A stretch of 64,000 bases of DNA from the human T2T-CHM13v2.0 reference genome, Homo sapiens: assembly GCF_009914755.1 (NCBI RefSeq), contig NC_060934.1; one strand, given 5' to 3'. The notes under the pieces are model-generated. The model searched no databases and was not told the DNA's origin. It worked only from the letters and a program-made list of their open reading frames with translations. Shown piece after piece: positions 1 through 13,599 of this stretch (positions within the stretch are counted from its first letter, which is position 1; each line of letters starts with the position of its first letter). The position numbers were made by a program, and so were the translations under genes.

Positions 1-579
1 AGGCCAATGTGAGGGTGGTTTTTGTGGCACTCCCTCCTCCCTAAGGCTTCCTGACTTCCTGGATTTCTACCCAGAGAAAATGATACTTTGTGCCACGGTA
101 AGACTGGCCCAGGAGGTGGTGGGCAACTGGAGAGAGTTGCTAAGGGGCCACAGGACTTCCCTGAGGTTCACTTTCTTGAATGATGATGATCCCTGTAACT
201 TGCAATATAATTTAGAAAGTGCTTTCATAAACATTGTCTCCATATTTTCTGCAGCATTTGCCTCTAAGATAAGACATTCCTAGACTTTTGTATAATGCTT
301 TTTATTTCCCCTCTCACCCATTTTACTGTCCCAGAATCTTGGGGTTTATTTTCCTGTCTTGTAAAGTCTCTCTCTCTCCCTGAGCTGTTGGAATTTGGGC
401 CGCACTGCCCCACCCTCTCCCTCTGCCCTGCTGTCTGTTCTGAGGACATTATCGTGCATGTGAGTGGTGCTGCCTTCCACATTGTCAGGGTGGCTGTTAG
501 GAGCAGTGGTGATTTGGGGGTGTTAGGAAGGAGACTGGAGAATTTAACCCTTTCAGACTTTCTACTTGCTAGACCTTCA

Positions 580-760
580 AGTTCTCAACCAGGAAATTCT
601 GCTACTATAGAGGGCATTTTATTGTCACAGTGATGGGGGTGGGCTCTATTAGCATTTAGTGGGTGAGGCCAGGGATGGCAAATGTTGTCAGGGCATAGGA
701 CAGCTTTGGATGAAAGGAATCCTTCCCCCACTATGCCAACTGCAGCCTGTTGAGAAAGAC
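580..760 (+). mobile_element. MER20-like hAT-Charlie DNA transposon relic
   Basis: Starts gttctcaacc and ends gttgagaaa (TIR remnants). Internal 'tagtgggtgaggccagggatg...aggacagc' matches my recollection of the MER20 consensus. Confidence 0.7.
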
Positions 761-905
761 CTCTGGGGCCCTGTTGGAGATGGCTGGCAGAATGGTTCTC
801 TTGATGAGCTTCATGATAAAGCAGACTTGCCAATAATACCAAGAGAGAAGACTGGCTCTACTCTCCAAAGGAGTCCAGGGACAGAGAGTCAGACAGATGA
901 CATCA

Positions 906-1247
<342 letters not shown>

Positions 1248-1254
1248 TTATCAA

Positions 1255-1460
1255 GTATACACTACATGCCATGGCTGGGCAGAACACTTACATATGTTAT
1301 CTCATTTACTCCCAACAACATTTTGAGAATGGAGCTGTTCTTATCCACATTTCACAGATGAAGCAACTGAGGCCCAGAGAAGCAGAGTAATTGCCTGAGA
1401 CCACCCTGATGGTTAAATGGGAGAGCTGGGATAAACGGCCCCAGTGGTCTGACTTCAGCT
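1255..1460 (-). mobile_element. MIR SINE
   Basis: Reverse-complement MIR core 'acagatgaagcaactgaggcccagaga'. Confidence 0.8.
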
Positions 1461-2639
1461 TTACAGTTATCCTAAACTGCTTTTCATGGTGTAAATCTTT
1501 TTTCTGTGTGTGGGAGAAGACAGCTACTGCCAAGCCTGTATTTACTTTTGGGTGGGGATTGGGAGGGAAGTTTCCTTCTTTTTTTTTTTTTTGAATCATT
1601 AAAGCCTGTGGAAGTCACTATACCAGGGTCTGAGTAGATTTTGTTGCTCTGAGTTCAAGACCCTAGAGGCCCTGAAGTCATACGTATATAGCATTTCCTG
1701 CTCTCTCCCATTTCTCTAAAACCTTTCTGATTTGGAAAGTTTGGCGAGGCAGGACCTCATGAGGCCTGGGAGGTGGGAGTTTCCCAGAGAACTTATCTTC
1801 TTCTTTCTTCCTCTCCCCTGCTCTGTGAGATGTGGTTCAGATCAGAGATCGCAGCCGTGGGACAAATGGCTCAACAACTGCTGACTGTGGTGCCAGCCTT
1901 GGGACTGGGGGACCTTGAGATGGACAACTGCATGCTTGAATTTTGAGTCTGAAGGGAAAAGAAGAGGTGCGTGGGGGTGTGTGTGTATTTGCACATGAAC
2001 TCACTTGCCTGCACACACCCACCGTCTGAAAGGCCTCTTTCCTCTCCTCAGGGACTGTAGTGTTGGTGATTTCAGCTGTTCCCTGCTCCTTGATGATGAA
2101 AGGGGAGCGATTATGCTTTTTGCTGGGTGTCTGTGTTTAATTGCAGGGATATAATAACTACAAATTCTCCCTGGCCGAGACTTTTCTAATAAAAGGTTTC
2201 TTCCATCCCAGCTGCTTTCTCTTCCCTTTCACACCCCCACCCCCATCACTGTCCTAGCACAAGGTCACTTAGGGTTTTAAATGAGAGAGAGACACACACA
2301 TGTTCAGGTTTCGCGTAGAGTGTTTTTTTAAAGCTCCTCCTCCAGACCCATCATTATGGAGATCAGCTGCTTGCCCCCACCTCTGCACCACCTCCCCTAA
2401 GCTCCTTGCTGAGTTTATACAGAACCCAATTTTTCAGTCTCTTGGGTGTCTGCTTTTTCTCTGGTTCTGAAGAAATAAGAGATGGGTAGAACAGGGAAGA
2501 CCAACAAAAGAGGTTTAAAAGAAAAAAAAAATCACCAAACCATTCTTGAGATAAAGCAAGACTTATTAAACACAATTGGAGGGAGGGCAGGAGAGGCGGT
2601 GTTAACCCCCACACGGCCCGTTTCCTGCAGCTGGAGAAG

Positions 2640-3640
2640 TGTTTTAAGAAAATGCACCATTGTTAAAACTTTCTTTTTCCTTGATGGATTTATTTATAAG
2701 GTAGAGAAATATTTTCCCCATAATTGGGTAACTCTTAATAGTAGCAATTGCATATTTATCAGTGTGAGGGGCTGTTATTAATGTAACTGTCAGGCCCAAA
2801 CACATTTCTGCATTAAATCCATTTAGTATGTGCATTATTCGGGCTCGAATGTCACCGGGACATCAAAGCCCCGTAGGCATGGAGAGCTCAGTGCCCTGCT
2901 GTGGCTGCCGAACAGGCCCTTGATCAATAAATGTAACATGTTAATGCAGAGCAAATAGAATAAAAGATTTCTTTGACAAGACATGAAAAATCACCTTGTG
3001 GCAGCTGGCATGTGATGCCGTTTCTGGGGAGACACTAGCAAAGTTGATCTGACAAGTAAAGAGGAGAGATGATGGTTGTAAGGTGCTTTTGTTTCAAACT
3101 TCTTTCTTGACCTGTCAGGTTTTGAAGGCGCCTCAATGGCTCTTTTTTGTCATGTGAAAATTGTAGTCTTAGGTAGTTATGAAGCAGTTATCTCTTCTCA
3201 AATTGTGAATGCTGCTGTTTAATTGATTCACTTAGCATTTGAAACTGTCACGCATTAATAATTGCGAAATCCTGTAGATACTGCGTGAGTGTGTCATGCT
3301 TAAATGTGTAGTTATCAGAAAATTAATATCCTTAATGAACCGGTGCTTTCAAACTAACATTGCATGAAATCTCTTTTGCCCTTTCATTTGCTGAAGCCAC
3401 ATCCGCCAGTTTGCCGAGAATCACCTCTCGACAGTTTGCTTTCTTGATGCCCGACAAATGCCAGCTTTGCTGTGGGTACATCGCGTGCTCAATGACAATA
3501 AATATAGTAATTATACTGGAGTTAGTAATTAACATAATTGTAGTCAATTACGACAAATACAGTGCAGAGCTAAATAAATGAGAGGGGAGAAATTAGCAAG
3601 CTAATTGATTTATCTTTACTTGGCTTTCTATTACAACTGG
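2640..3640. promoter_or_regulatory. Candidate conserved non-coding element / developmental enhancer
   Basis: About 1 kb with no recognisable repeat, AT-rich yet CpG-retaining. Many TAAT/ATTA cores, TCF/LEF site (catcaaag, 2861), CTGTCA sites, PBX-HOX-like TGATTTAT (~3606). Conservation is inferred, not measured. Confidence 0.55.
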
Positions 3641-5852
3641 CAGGGCTGTTTTTCTTGGGGTAGGGGAAGTGGAGGGGAGAAAAATTCCCCACAAGGATTG
3701 TTTACAAATAACTGATTTTGTTTTGAAGTTGCTTTTGACTTACTACACTTCATCCCCTACCCTGCTTCTAAGGGGAAAAAAAGAAAAGAGAGACTTTAAA
3801 TGCCAAGGGAACATTTTGTTAATTTAGCTACATCAAGCTGAATGCTGCAGCTAAGGCGAGGCAGGATTTAGCTTTCGCTACGTCTTGAGGAGTTATAATT
3901 TTTTCTTCTCAGCTATTGCTCTGGTAAAAAAAAAAAAAAAAGCATTTTTTTGGTGTGTGTGTATGTGTGTGTTCTAAGTCTCCATCGGTGAGGTGGTGCT
4001 GTGCTGGATAGTACATTTGGGGGTTATATGTGCATGCTAATTTGCTCAATTCTGTGCCGTTGGCTTGGTGTAAGAAGTGGGCATGTTTTCCTTGGTTCAG
4101 TCCCACTTGGTCTTGTTATGCCTTTTTCTTTCAGTACCCAAGGAAGGGACGGAGGAAAGAAGTGGCCAGCGTTGTTGGAGAGGTCAAGGGAGGGGCTCCA
4201 GTGCGGACCCTCTGCTCACTTCCTCCTTCACTACACTTCAGGATTTGCCTGGGGTCCTGGGCTGTCACACTCCTGAGGCTGCGTGGAAAGTTTTTGTTGG
4301 CGTCTCGATGCCCATTTATTTTGAGCTGGTTTATTCTGTGCTGCCTGGAGCCCTGGTTAGTGGTGTTTATCGCGCGTCTCTGTTCTTTGTTCACCCTTTT
4401 CAACGTGATTGCTGTTCACGCCGCTAAGGGAGAAACTGCATGTTTTGAGACTTGGGGTCGCATCATAGCCTTGTTTTTTCTTGCAAATTTTAGAACAGGA
4501 TTTTTTTTTCCCCTTTGCTTCTTGCCACAAGATAAGGGCTAGTGGCCAGAGCCTTTTTTGGATCGGGTTTTAAAGCCTTACCCTTGTCTTACCCAAGGTT
4601 AAAACTCAGTGATTTCAGGATATGACTTTTTTTTTTTTTTTTTTTTTAATGTATCCAGTATCCATTGTCAACCTTACCACCACCCTAGGTTATTCCTCTG
4701 AAAATTCAGCAGTTTAGCAAAGCAAAGATTTGTTTAGCTCTTCTTCCTGGAGATTTCACTGGATAGGTTTCTAGCCTGACTTGAAGGGAGTTTGAGGCAG
4801 CAATTTTAATTCTGTGTTGTGCATATAATCCTTCATGACCTCATGTGGAATTCAGTTTTCCAACTGCATTAAAAAAGCTGCCTGTATTTTATTTCATTGG
4901 GATGCACTTGGACACTGCTTAGTGTGGTCACTTGATTTGGAAATCAATTTCTGATATGAAATATTTATATACAAGAAAGCATTTAAATTATTTAAAGTTT
5001 ACAAGCATAATGGTCTTTCCGATGGAGTCTCAAATTATTTTAGTAAATGTGGGGATCTTTTGAGAGGAAAAGACTTGTATATTTGGGGTGGCTGGAGGGG
5101 TAATGTTACCTGGAACTTCAGCCTGATTTAGTTTAATATGGGTCAAAGAGAAATCAGATGAGTCATATATGCAGCTTTGTTTACCCAAAAAAGATAAATT
5201 TCAGATATTATTGTATACCTCCAACAGGGCATCCTTCTGTGAATGCCTTCAGAGACAGAGAGAGAAAATGTGTGAAGAAGAGCTCTGGCGGTTGACCTTT
5301 GTCCAAATGTGGCATTTATAGTAGTTTTGTCTCTGCCTGGAGTCTCTACCTAGCTGCTGGTTTCCTACACTGTCTTTTCTTTTGAATTTCATAGCAAACA
5401 TGAGTGGGGAAAAACATAGGTTGATGGCACAGGAAGCTTCTTTTCATTTTTATTCCTTTAAAATTAAAGTTGTGCTAATTGAAGCTAGCTTTAGTTTGTC
5501 CCCGTACTGCTAAAGAAATGAAAGCATGGGATCATTTAGATGTATTCTTTTCAAATACAGTGCTGTTTGCAAAGGTGCCATTTTTTTCCCGAAGACTCTT
5601 CTATTTCACTTAGACATACAACCCTCTAGAGGTTTAAATATGTGAGTTTTGAGGTGCTTTGTTCCTCAAAAACCCTAATATGTTTTTTTCTTTTAACATT
5701 TGTTCTGCTTCAGCTCTGTTGATTGAATGTATTAAAATGCATTTTGGGGGTTGGTGGAGCAGAAGGTGAGAGGGGATGGGGTGTGTTAAGAGCTTTTGCT
5801 GACTTCTGAGGAGATAGATGGTTGGGCATTGCCCACTCGCTCGCATGTCATA

Positions 5853-6545
5853 TGTAGGGGTACAAAGTTGTGATCCCTTTCCTCACCCATCATAGGGGCC
5901 ATGGCTGACACCTGTGTAACAAAAGACAGGTTAGCAAGAAAAAAGCATAGCAAATTTATTTAATCAAAATTTTATGTGACACAGGAACCTTGTGAACTGA
6001 AGGCCCCAAAACCCAGGGAATATGATCTGTTTCTATGCTAAGGTTGGATGAAGAATGGACAGCCATGTAGAAATGTCATTGGACAAAAGGGTATGATCTA
6101 ATGGTAACAGACGGAGGGGGCAGGGAACCCAGCAAGGCCTGCCTGCCTGGATTCTTCTTGGCTTCTCTGTGTAGCATCCTTCCTCCTGGCTATAGGGCAG
6201 GACGCTTCTGGAATGAGGGTCTTATGACCAACTATCAGACAAGGTAGGTCAGAGAATTTCTTTGTAGCCAGCTCCTACACAGAAAGGTGGGGGAAGGTTT
6301 GAGTAATATTTTTAGGTTTTATGGTTTGTTTTGGGGGAGAGGGGTTCTACTTTCTACAGACCCACCTTGGGGAGGAGGAATTCTGGCTTCTGCAACTCTC
6401 ACTTTGGGGTAGTAAAACGGGCAGGAGACGGTCAGAGAGGCCTTGCATCCGAGGCAGCCTCTGAGACCTTCCCGTCTCCTTTAGTTCCAAGTACTCAGCA
6501 TGCCAAAGCACCATACTCTGGGGTATCGTTTTCCGAGTCCCAACA
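5853..6545 (-). mobile_element. ERV1 solo LTR, MER39/MER34-like
   Basis: TG...CA termini. The reverse complement starts tgttgggactcggaaaacgataccccag...ggtgctttggcatgctgag, typical of this family. Confidence 0.75.
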
Positions 6546-8082
6546 CAGTCTTTAAGGTGGGGAGGGTGCACTGGAATTGCCTGGTGGGGTGTTAATTTTG
6601 TTCCAGTGACTTATTTTTCAGAATGTATTCCCTATCCCTTCTAAGTGCTTCCTCCGAAAGTGCTGTGAGCCAGGAGCCTGGGCGGCAGCCATCTTCACCT
6701 GTGCTGGCAGTTGGATCACGAGTCTGTCCTGGTTGGCTCACGTGAATTCTTCCCAGATGCCTGAGGTGGACCAATATCACAGAGAGCTAACCATTCTTCC
6801 AGTTGTAATTGGATATAGCAAATCAGTACTCTGAATTCAATTCTTTCAGGCTGGGCTTTGGCAAGAAAAAAATCAGCCTTACCTGGGGTATAGAAAAATG
6901 GAGCCTGGCAGTGGCTCCTGAAAGTCTTTTGTCAAGTGCTCTGCCTCTGAGGAGCACTGTATTTGTTCCAACTCGTGTCGTGAAGCACAGAAGAATGACA
7001 GTAGGGGTAAATTTAACCATACACACCAAGGCTTTTCTTATCTTCTTCCTCTAACTGGTGGGTAGAAGTCAGGCCTGGGCCACTTATGTTTTGGAGGATG
7101 CCAGTAGGGTTACAGTGGTCTTTCTAGCTGCCTGGTACAACGGGACCCCTCCTTGGAGGCACCTGAGCTAGGTGGTCTTTCTTTAGGGTCTTGTCATGGC
7201 TTGTACAGGCATGGCAATAGACTAATCCTTTGACTAAATGAGAGTGGGAACTGCCCAGAATAGCGTGATTTCCCCAGAACTGTCTTCAGATATACTCAAA
7301 GGCTGAGAACTTGACCACTGTCCCTTGCAGGTCTCCTCCTGTTTATTGTAGATACATAGGTATTGTTGTATACCTTCAGGTATCGAGAGACAGAGTTCCT
7401 GCAAAGGCCCCGAGTTGGGTTCCCAGCACGTGGACCTTACACCTGTGATGTTTCCCCATTTGAAAGCTCACGTGCTCAATGTGGAGATAAGGCTAATACA
7501 GGTGAAATTATTAGAGAACAATATGGGGCCATGGTCAGATTCTCCCTGTGGACTTTGAGAACCTTTCAGTTCTCTCCTACTGGGGAACATAGCGACTCTG
7601 TCTACTGCCTGGGAAGCTTATTGTCTTTGAGCTAGTGAGTGGCATTGGGGAGCTATACATGGAGAGAGGGTTCCCAGCCAGCCCAGCAAAGCAGGTAAAA
7701 TGACCCAGGTGAGACCTGGGTTGGCTCCTAGACAGGGGCATACCTTATGTACACACAGGATAGCACAGTCCAATTAATTGCCAGGAGTATAATAGAGGTT
7801 CTCATGCCCAAGAAGTTGTCAGAAGGGAGAGCATCTTCAAAAGAAACTTCATGAAGAAACTGAGACCTGAGCCACCTCGTGGAGGGAGGGCAGGATTTTC
7901 CATGCTGCCTTAAGACTTCGGAGCCTGTACAACATCAGGGCTTTGGGGCCAGGATTTTCCTGAGTAGGAATGGTGAGAACCTGATCTGTATGCCCTCAGG
8001 GGTGGGTTGGAATCCACAAGAGAAACTGGAGAACAGGGTAAGTTTCTTCCCACACCCAAAGACATAAACCCTTTTGCTGTGT

Positions 8083-8218
8083 AGCGTAGTGGTGATTCTG
8101 GGACATAGAAGCTGGCCATGCCAGAGTCTTTCAGAGAGGCCAGCCAAGTAAGGACTCAAGGTATGGGTTCTCCCATCAAATTTTCACCCTGGAGTGACAG
8201 GAGTTGCGGGGGAGACAA
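8083..8218 (+). repeat. 136-bp dispersed direct repeat, copy 1
   Basis: Ungapped alignment to 9429-9564 with 9 mismatches by manual count. Confidence 0.95.
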
Positions 8219-8721
8219 GCCACCTCCAGCGGGTGGAGGGCAGCCCATTCCCAGGCTGAGCAGGGCCTGCGTTTCGGCCCTGACACATATACGCGGCAAT
8301 TACGCTGTTAGAAGGGTCACGGTTAATGCAGTTCTTCCAAGACTCCTGCCACAAGCATGTGCCTCTTCACACCCAGCAAGGCCCTGTGGGCTGGCTCTGT
8401 GCTCGTTCAGAAGGGGAGGAGCCAAAACTTGAAACCTCATCTTTCAGAAATTGCATTTATTTTCACTCTTTCATGCCACAGTGTTTCTGCAAGGCCAGCA
8501 CTTAGGGGTACATTCTTCCCTGGGAGAATTGGTAGATTATTGATTCTGTGAGTGCCTTAGGGCCTTTGCAGAAACTCTGTCTCCCATTGAAATGTATGCT
8601 TTTCCAGGATGGGATAACAGCTTCTCTTTCAGAAGTGCCCAGGACAGGGTTACACACTAGGTAGGTGCCCCTCTATCAGAAGACACAATCTAACCTGGGA
8701 ATTCTTCTTTTGCTAAAATGG

Positions 8722-9028
8722 ATTTTATTTTATTTTATTTCGTTTTTTGAAAAAGAGCTTGCTCTTTCGCCCAGGCTGAAGTGCTGTGGCACAATCTTGG
8801 CTCACTGCAACCTCCGCCTCCCAGGTTAAAGTGATTCTCCTGGCTCAGCCTCCCGAGTAGCTGGGATTACAGGTGCGTGCCACCACTCCCAGCTAATTTT
8901 TGTATTTTTAGGAGAGTCAGGGTTTCACCATTTTGGCCAGGCCGGTCTCGAATTCCTGACCTCAGGCAATCCACCTGCCTTGGCCTCCCAAAGTGCCAGG
9001 ATTATAGGCATGAGTCACCTCATGTGGC
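8722..9028 (-). mobile_element. AluS SINE
   Basis: Reverse Alu with (ttta)n tail. TSD taaaatggatttt on both sides. Confidence 0.95.
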
Positions 9029-9428
9029 GGTAAAATGGATTTTAAAAAAAACATGGTAATTGCTTATTCTAGAAGAGGTAATGGTACTGGTGACTCCCAT
9101 TCATCTATCAGTTTTCCCTGATGACCTTCTTGAATCTTTATGGCAAGCAAGGTGTTCTTTCCAGCTTAAAGACAGAGAACAAAAATGTGCAGAGGTTAAA
9201 AGGCTTTCCCAAGGGCATGCAGCTGGTCAGTGGGGGGACCAAGATCTAAACGCAGCTTTGCCTGACTACAAAGTCGACTGTTAGCTCCTATACTGTATTC
9301 TATTTGATGCATGTTTCCCCTAATTCAAATTCATTGTTGTCCTAAGATCTTTATCTGGCAAACTAGTATAGGTTGACTGAGAAGAGGAAAATTGTCTTCC
9401 AGGCTCATGAAAAGGGGACAACCCCTAC

Positions 9429-9564
9429 AGCGTAGTGGTGATTCTGGGATGTAGAAGTTGGCCATGCCAGAGTCTTTCAGGGAGGACAGCCAAGTAAGGA
9501 CTCGAGGTATGGGTTCTCCCATCAAACCTTCTCCCTGGAGTGACAGGAGTTGCGGGGGAGACAA
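9429..9564 (+). repeat. 136-bp dispersed direct repeat, copy 2
   Basis: About 93% identical to 8083-8218. Confidence 0.95.
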
Positions 9565-11217
9565 CTAAGGCTGCTGTTGTTTTATTTTCTTCCCAAACTT
9601 ATATTTCACCTTATCATTTTTTCAGGAGGAGATAAAACTGTAGGCACTGAGGCTGTACATTAAATAATAGTGTTTTGAAAGTCTATAGAAAATTAGGTTA
9701 AGTTTTATTGTCCTGTTCCTTTATGGACCACCAGTTTTTGGTTCTATCTCAGATATGTTTTAGTCCTCTTGCTGCTGCCGTTTATCTGGACGGCATTTTC
9801 CATCAGTTACAGGCAAAGAATATTGTCCTCTTTTCTCACTCCTCAGAGTGTTTCTGGGTTCCAGGGGAAAGAGGTGATTTGAATGCAAATGCACTTTAAA
9901 TCACTAACACTACATAACTCTAATGCATTACTGCCATTTTTTCTTTTTACTTTTAATTGAGAAACTGAACTCTTGCTAGTTTGAAGCTCAGAGTCATTGT
10001 TGGAGACCAAGAAGCTGGGGTATTTCTGGCTGGAGGATGATCTAGTAGAAAATCAAGGAGATCATTAAGACACAGGATGCCTGAGTATTGAGTATTGAGT
10101 ATTTGTCTTTGTTCCATCACAAATCGTCTGTGAAATATTGAGTAGGTCATTTAATCTCTGTTGTCATTCTCCAAATGGGAGATAGAAGGAGTTGTGAAGA
10201 CCAAATGAAATACTAAATGTAAAAGAGTTTTGTTCCTGTAGAAGATATACTGAAAGAGTAGATATCCCAAAAGTAGTTTATTTCATTTTTGATTCTTTTG
10301 ACTTTGAGCAGGTTTATCTTTAAGATTATTTTGCTTGGGGTCCTATGGCATTGGTTGTTTATAGGTTTGGTTTTGCAAAGTTAGGGCTCTGTGGGGGGTC
10401 TACTTCCTGCCAGACTGTAGATTGCAAAGTTATGGACTTGGGTCTGAATGGCCAGGTTTCCCTTGGGCAAGGACAACTGAGAGTATAACATTTTCCAATT
10501 CAATTATGTTTTAAAAGGGAAGCCCTAGGGAGGAAGCAGAATCTTCATTAGAACAAAATAAACATGATGATTATTAGCAGTGATAGAATACTAAATAAGG
10601 TATGTCATTATAGTAAGATTTTAAGAAAGCCAAACGTCAGAGTAAAATTCCATATCTTACTTAACAATTTTGAGGCATGATTTTTATCTAGTTGTACCTC
10701 TGAGCTCAGAGAAGAATTTTATCACCTAACCCTCTACAGCAGTTTCAACATAGATGCACCCCACCCTTCCCCAATTTGCTCTTCCACAGACTGTACCTGA
10801 TGGGACAAGCTTTCCGTCAGGTAGCAGGAGGAACTAAATTTACTCTTCCTGCCTTGGGCTTGAGAACAGTTATCTTCCTGGTTCATGTAGTATCAAAAGG
10901 AAGATCATAGACCTTGCAAGGAGCAAGCGGCTATTTTTACAACCATAAAAAAAACTCCCATCTGATTTTTTTGTCTTTACTAAAAGTTTTCATTTTATGC
11001 AATTTCTGATCTACCTTGAATTGAATGGTTCAGTTGTAACTTCAGGGTCTGCTTTAGATTTTTTTTTTTTTCTTTTAAGGACTTGTTAGAACCTCTTTAC
11101 AGAAGATGATTGTAAAAATCACAGGCAGTACGCAGCAAGATGGAATGTGGAAATTTGAAATTGATTTAATATTAGGAAAAAAAACCCGCTGCTTTTAGAG
11201 TGTTAACTAGTCAGATT

Positions 11218-11465
11218 GGCTAGGTGCAGTAGTTCATGCCTGTAATTCCAGTACTTTGAGAGGCTGAGGCTCACTTGAGGCCAAGAGTTTGAGACCTGCC
11301 TGGGCTGAACATAGTAAGATCTTGTCCCTACAAAAAATTTAAAAATTAGCCAGGCATGGTGGCACACACTTATAGTCCCAGCTACTTGGGAGGCTGAGGT
11401 GGGAGGATTGCTTGAGCCCAGGAGTTTTGAATTCTGCAGTGAGCCATGATTGTGCCATAGCATCA
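11218..11465 (+). mobile_element. AluJ, 3'-truncated
   Basis: AluJ-type 'ggattgcttgagcccaggag'; no poly-A tail. Confidence 0.88.
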
Positions 11466-11580
11466 TGAAAGGGAGGCCTCAACCATACCTCTTTATCACA
11501 GTGCTCAACTTCTCCTGGGATCCCCTATGCTATGCTGCACAAAAGCACACGCTTCCAAAGGACCTTAGGTTGGTTTAATC

Positions 11581-12503
11581 CAGTGGTTTTTCAAAGTTAT
11601 TTTTCTAGCAGCAGAATCCTTGTCAAACAAATTATAGAAAGCCCATTATGGAATACAAATATATATATTTTTTAAGCTCAGCAAAAACAGTGAAACTATT
11701 CAGATGAACACTGGGTGTCTCAGTTCATTTTGTGTTGCTAGACAGTATACCTGAGATTGGGCCATTTATAATGAACAGAAATGTACTGGCTTATGGTTCT
11801 GGAAGTTGGGAAGTCCAAGATCTAGGGGCTGCATCTGATGAGGGCCTTCTTGCTACATCATCGCATGGTGGAAGTGCAAGGGCAAGAGAGCAAGTGATTG
11901 AACTTGCAGCCTCAAGCCCTTTTATAATCTGCATTGCTCCATTCATGAAGGTGGAGTCCTCATCACTCTTATTAATAAATGCCTCGTATTAGGCTCCACC
12001 TCCTAACACTGTTGCATTGGGGATTAAGTTTCCAATACATGAACTTTGGGGAACACATTCAAACCATAGCACTGGGTTTGGTATTAAGGTTAGAGACAAA
12101 ATGCAGTTTTATACTGGCCCCAGCATTCAGATTATTCTTGTATTTGGGTTTGAGTGTGCAATATTTAAATGTCAATACACTCAGTTAAGTATTTGCAAAT
12201 AGTGACATTTATTTTCCCCTTAAAGTTCATCCTGTAATATCAGATTATTGTTTAAATAATTGTAAGAAGAAGCTGTATTTTGAAAAGTGAGTTAATGTGA
12301 TTGCGTAAGTTAATATACCAGTATCTTCTAGTGTGTTAAAATTTGGTGTAGTATGTCTTTGGGAGTACATACTGCCTTTTGAATTATGTTTTTTAAATAG
12401 TTAAAATAATTTAAAAGTTAAATTCAAATGAATCATTTGGAGAAACTCTGAAAGCCCCTTGTGGTACCCTAGGGTTCCATGGAACACAGTTTGAAAAACA
12501 CTG
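11581..12503. mobile_element. hAT-Charlie-type DNA transposon interrupted by a MaLR LTR
   Basis: Terminal inverted repeats cagtggtttttcaaa ... tttgaaaaacactg. Confidence 0.6.
11716..12071 (-). mobile_element. ERVL-MaLR solo LTR (MSTC/MSTD-like)
   Basis: tgtctcagt ... aaaccatagca, with a perfect 5-bp TSD ctggg (11711-15, 12072-76). Confidence 0.88.
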
Positions 12504-12599
12504 GTCTAACATTTTCTTTTAATGAAGGAAATTTGGGGCTCAGAAAGTGCAAATGGTGGCTTGGTGTGATGTAATAGGAAGTTAGGCCAAATAATTTTT

Positions 12600-13060
12600 T
12601 ACTTTTTAAAATTAGTTTTTCAAACTGCTTTTAATTTTATTTTTTGATTATAAGATAATATTCCTTTTATAAAAAGTTTAAAAATACAGAAAAACATACC
12701 AAAGGAAATAATCCATAATGTTTATGCTGAACAATTTTTACAAAATTGGGATCAGGCTGTATAAAAGGTCTTGACTTCTGTTTTTTTCTCTTAATGTCTC
12801 ATGATTTTTTTTTGGTTAATTTGGTTTTTTAGTGATTACATAATATCTTTTCACATAAATCTGCCATAATTTACCCATTTTCTAATTGATTGACATATTT
12901 ATATATTTTCCACTTTTTGGTGTTATTAAGACATGCTGTGATGAACATCTTTGTTTGTAAATCATTATTTCACTGTTTTCACTGTTCTGTTTGTTTCAGC
13001 AAGATAATTTCACAAAGAGTGAAATTACTGAATTAAAGATCATTATAACAAAAAAGGTTT
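12600..13060 (-). mobile_element. Old L1 (L1M-type) 3' fragment
   Basis: T-rich, with 'gctgtgatgaacatctttgt', characteristic of antisense L1M 3' ends. Confidence 0.55.
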
Positions 13061-13073
13061 CCCATGAAGCCCT

Positions 13074-13599
13074 CGTAAGGGAAAATAAATACCTATCCTC
13101 AGCCATAGCTAGGTTCGTGGTTGAGGCCCCTATAACAAAAGACAGATTAATAAGAGCATACCAATTTATTTAATAGAAATTTTACGTGACACAGGAGTCT
13201 TCAGAAATGAAGACCCAAAGAAACAGGTAAACCTGTATATTTGTTATGCTAGGTTTGATGGAGAAGTGGCTCATTGTCGAGAAGTGTGATTGGAAAAGAA
13301 AGCATGATCTGTTGATATGGAAGCAACTTAGCAAGGCCTATTTGTCCAGTTTCTTCTCTGTGTCCCTGGATCTTCAAAGATAAGGGTTTTTTTTCCTTTG
13401 GGTATAGAGAGGGCTCCTCTTTAATGAAGGTCTTCTTTTTTCAGAGGTGGAAGGCAGGAAAAAATCAGAGAATGATCTTCCTAGGTTTCATGGCCTACTT
13501 AGGGGAGAAGGGCAGTGGAAGGTGAGAGAGACCTGCCTGCTTCTGCTGTTTTCTCAAATGCCAAGGTACTTTGGGGGTAGCCTGTCCTGAATCCCATCA
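13074..13599 (-). mobile_element. ERV1 solo LTR, MER34-like
   Basis: Shares blocks with 5853-6545 (taacaaaagacag, tttatttaat, tgacacagga). The reverse complement starts tgatgggattcaggacaggctacccc. Confidence 0.72.

Noticed and set aside
4030-4542. 170-aa ORF, the longest in the track
   Set aside because: Starts at GTG; its Phe/Leu/Cys richness reflects T-rich DNA; no recognisable domain or exon structure.
8222-8245. CTCF-like motif ccagcgggtggag
   Set aside because: Mismatches at core consensus positions; not supportable.
5853-13599. Two related LTRs as ends of a provirus
   Set aside because: The LTRs differ in length and are strongly diverged; no gag/pol between them; they are independent solo LTRs.
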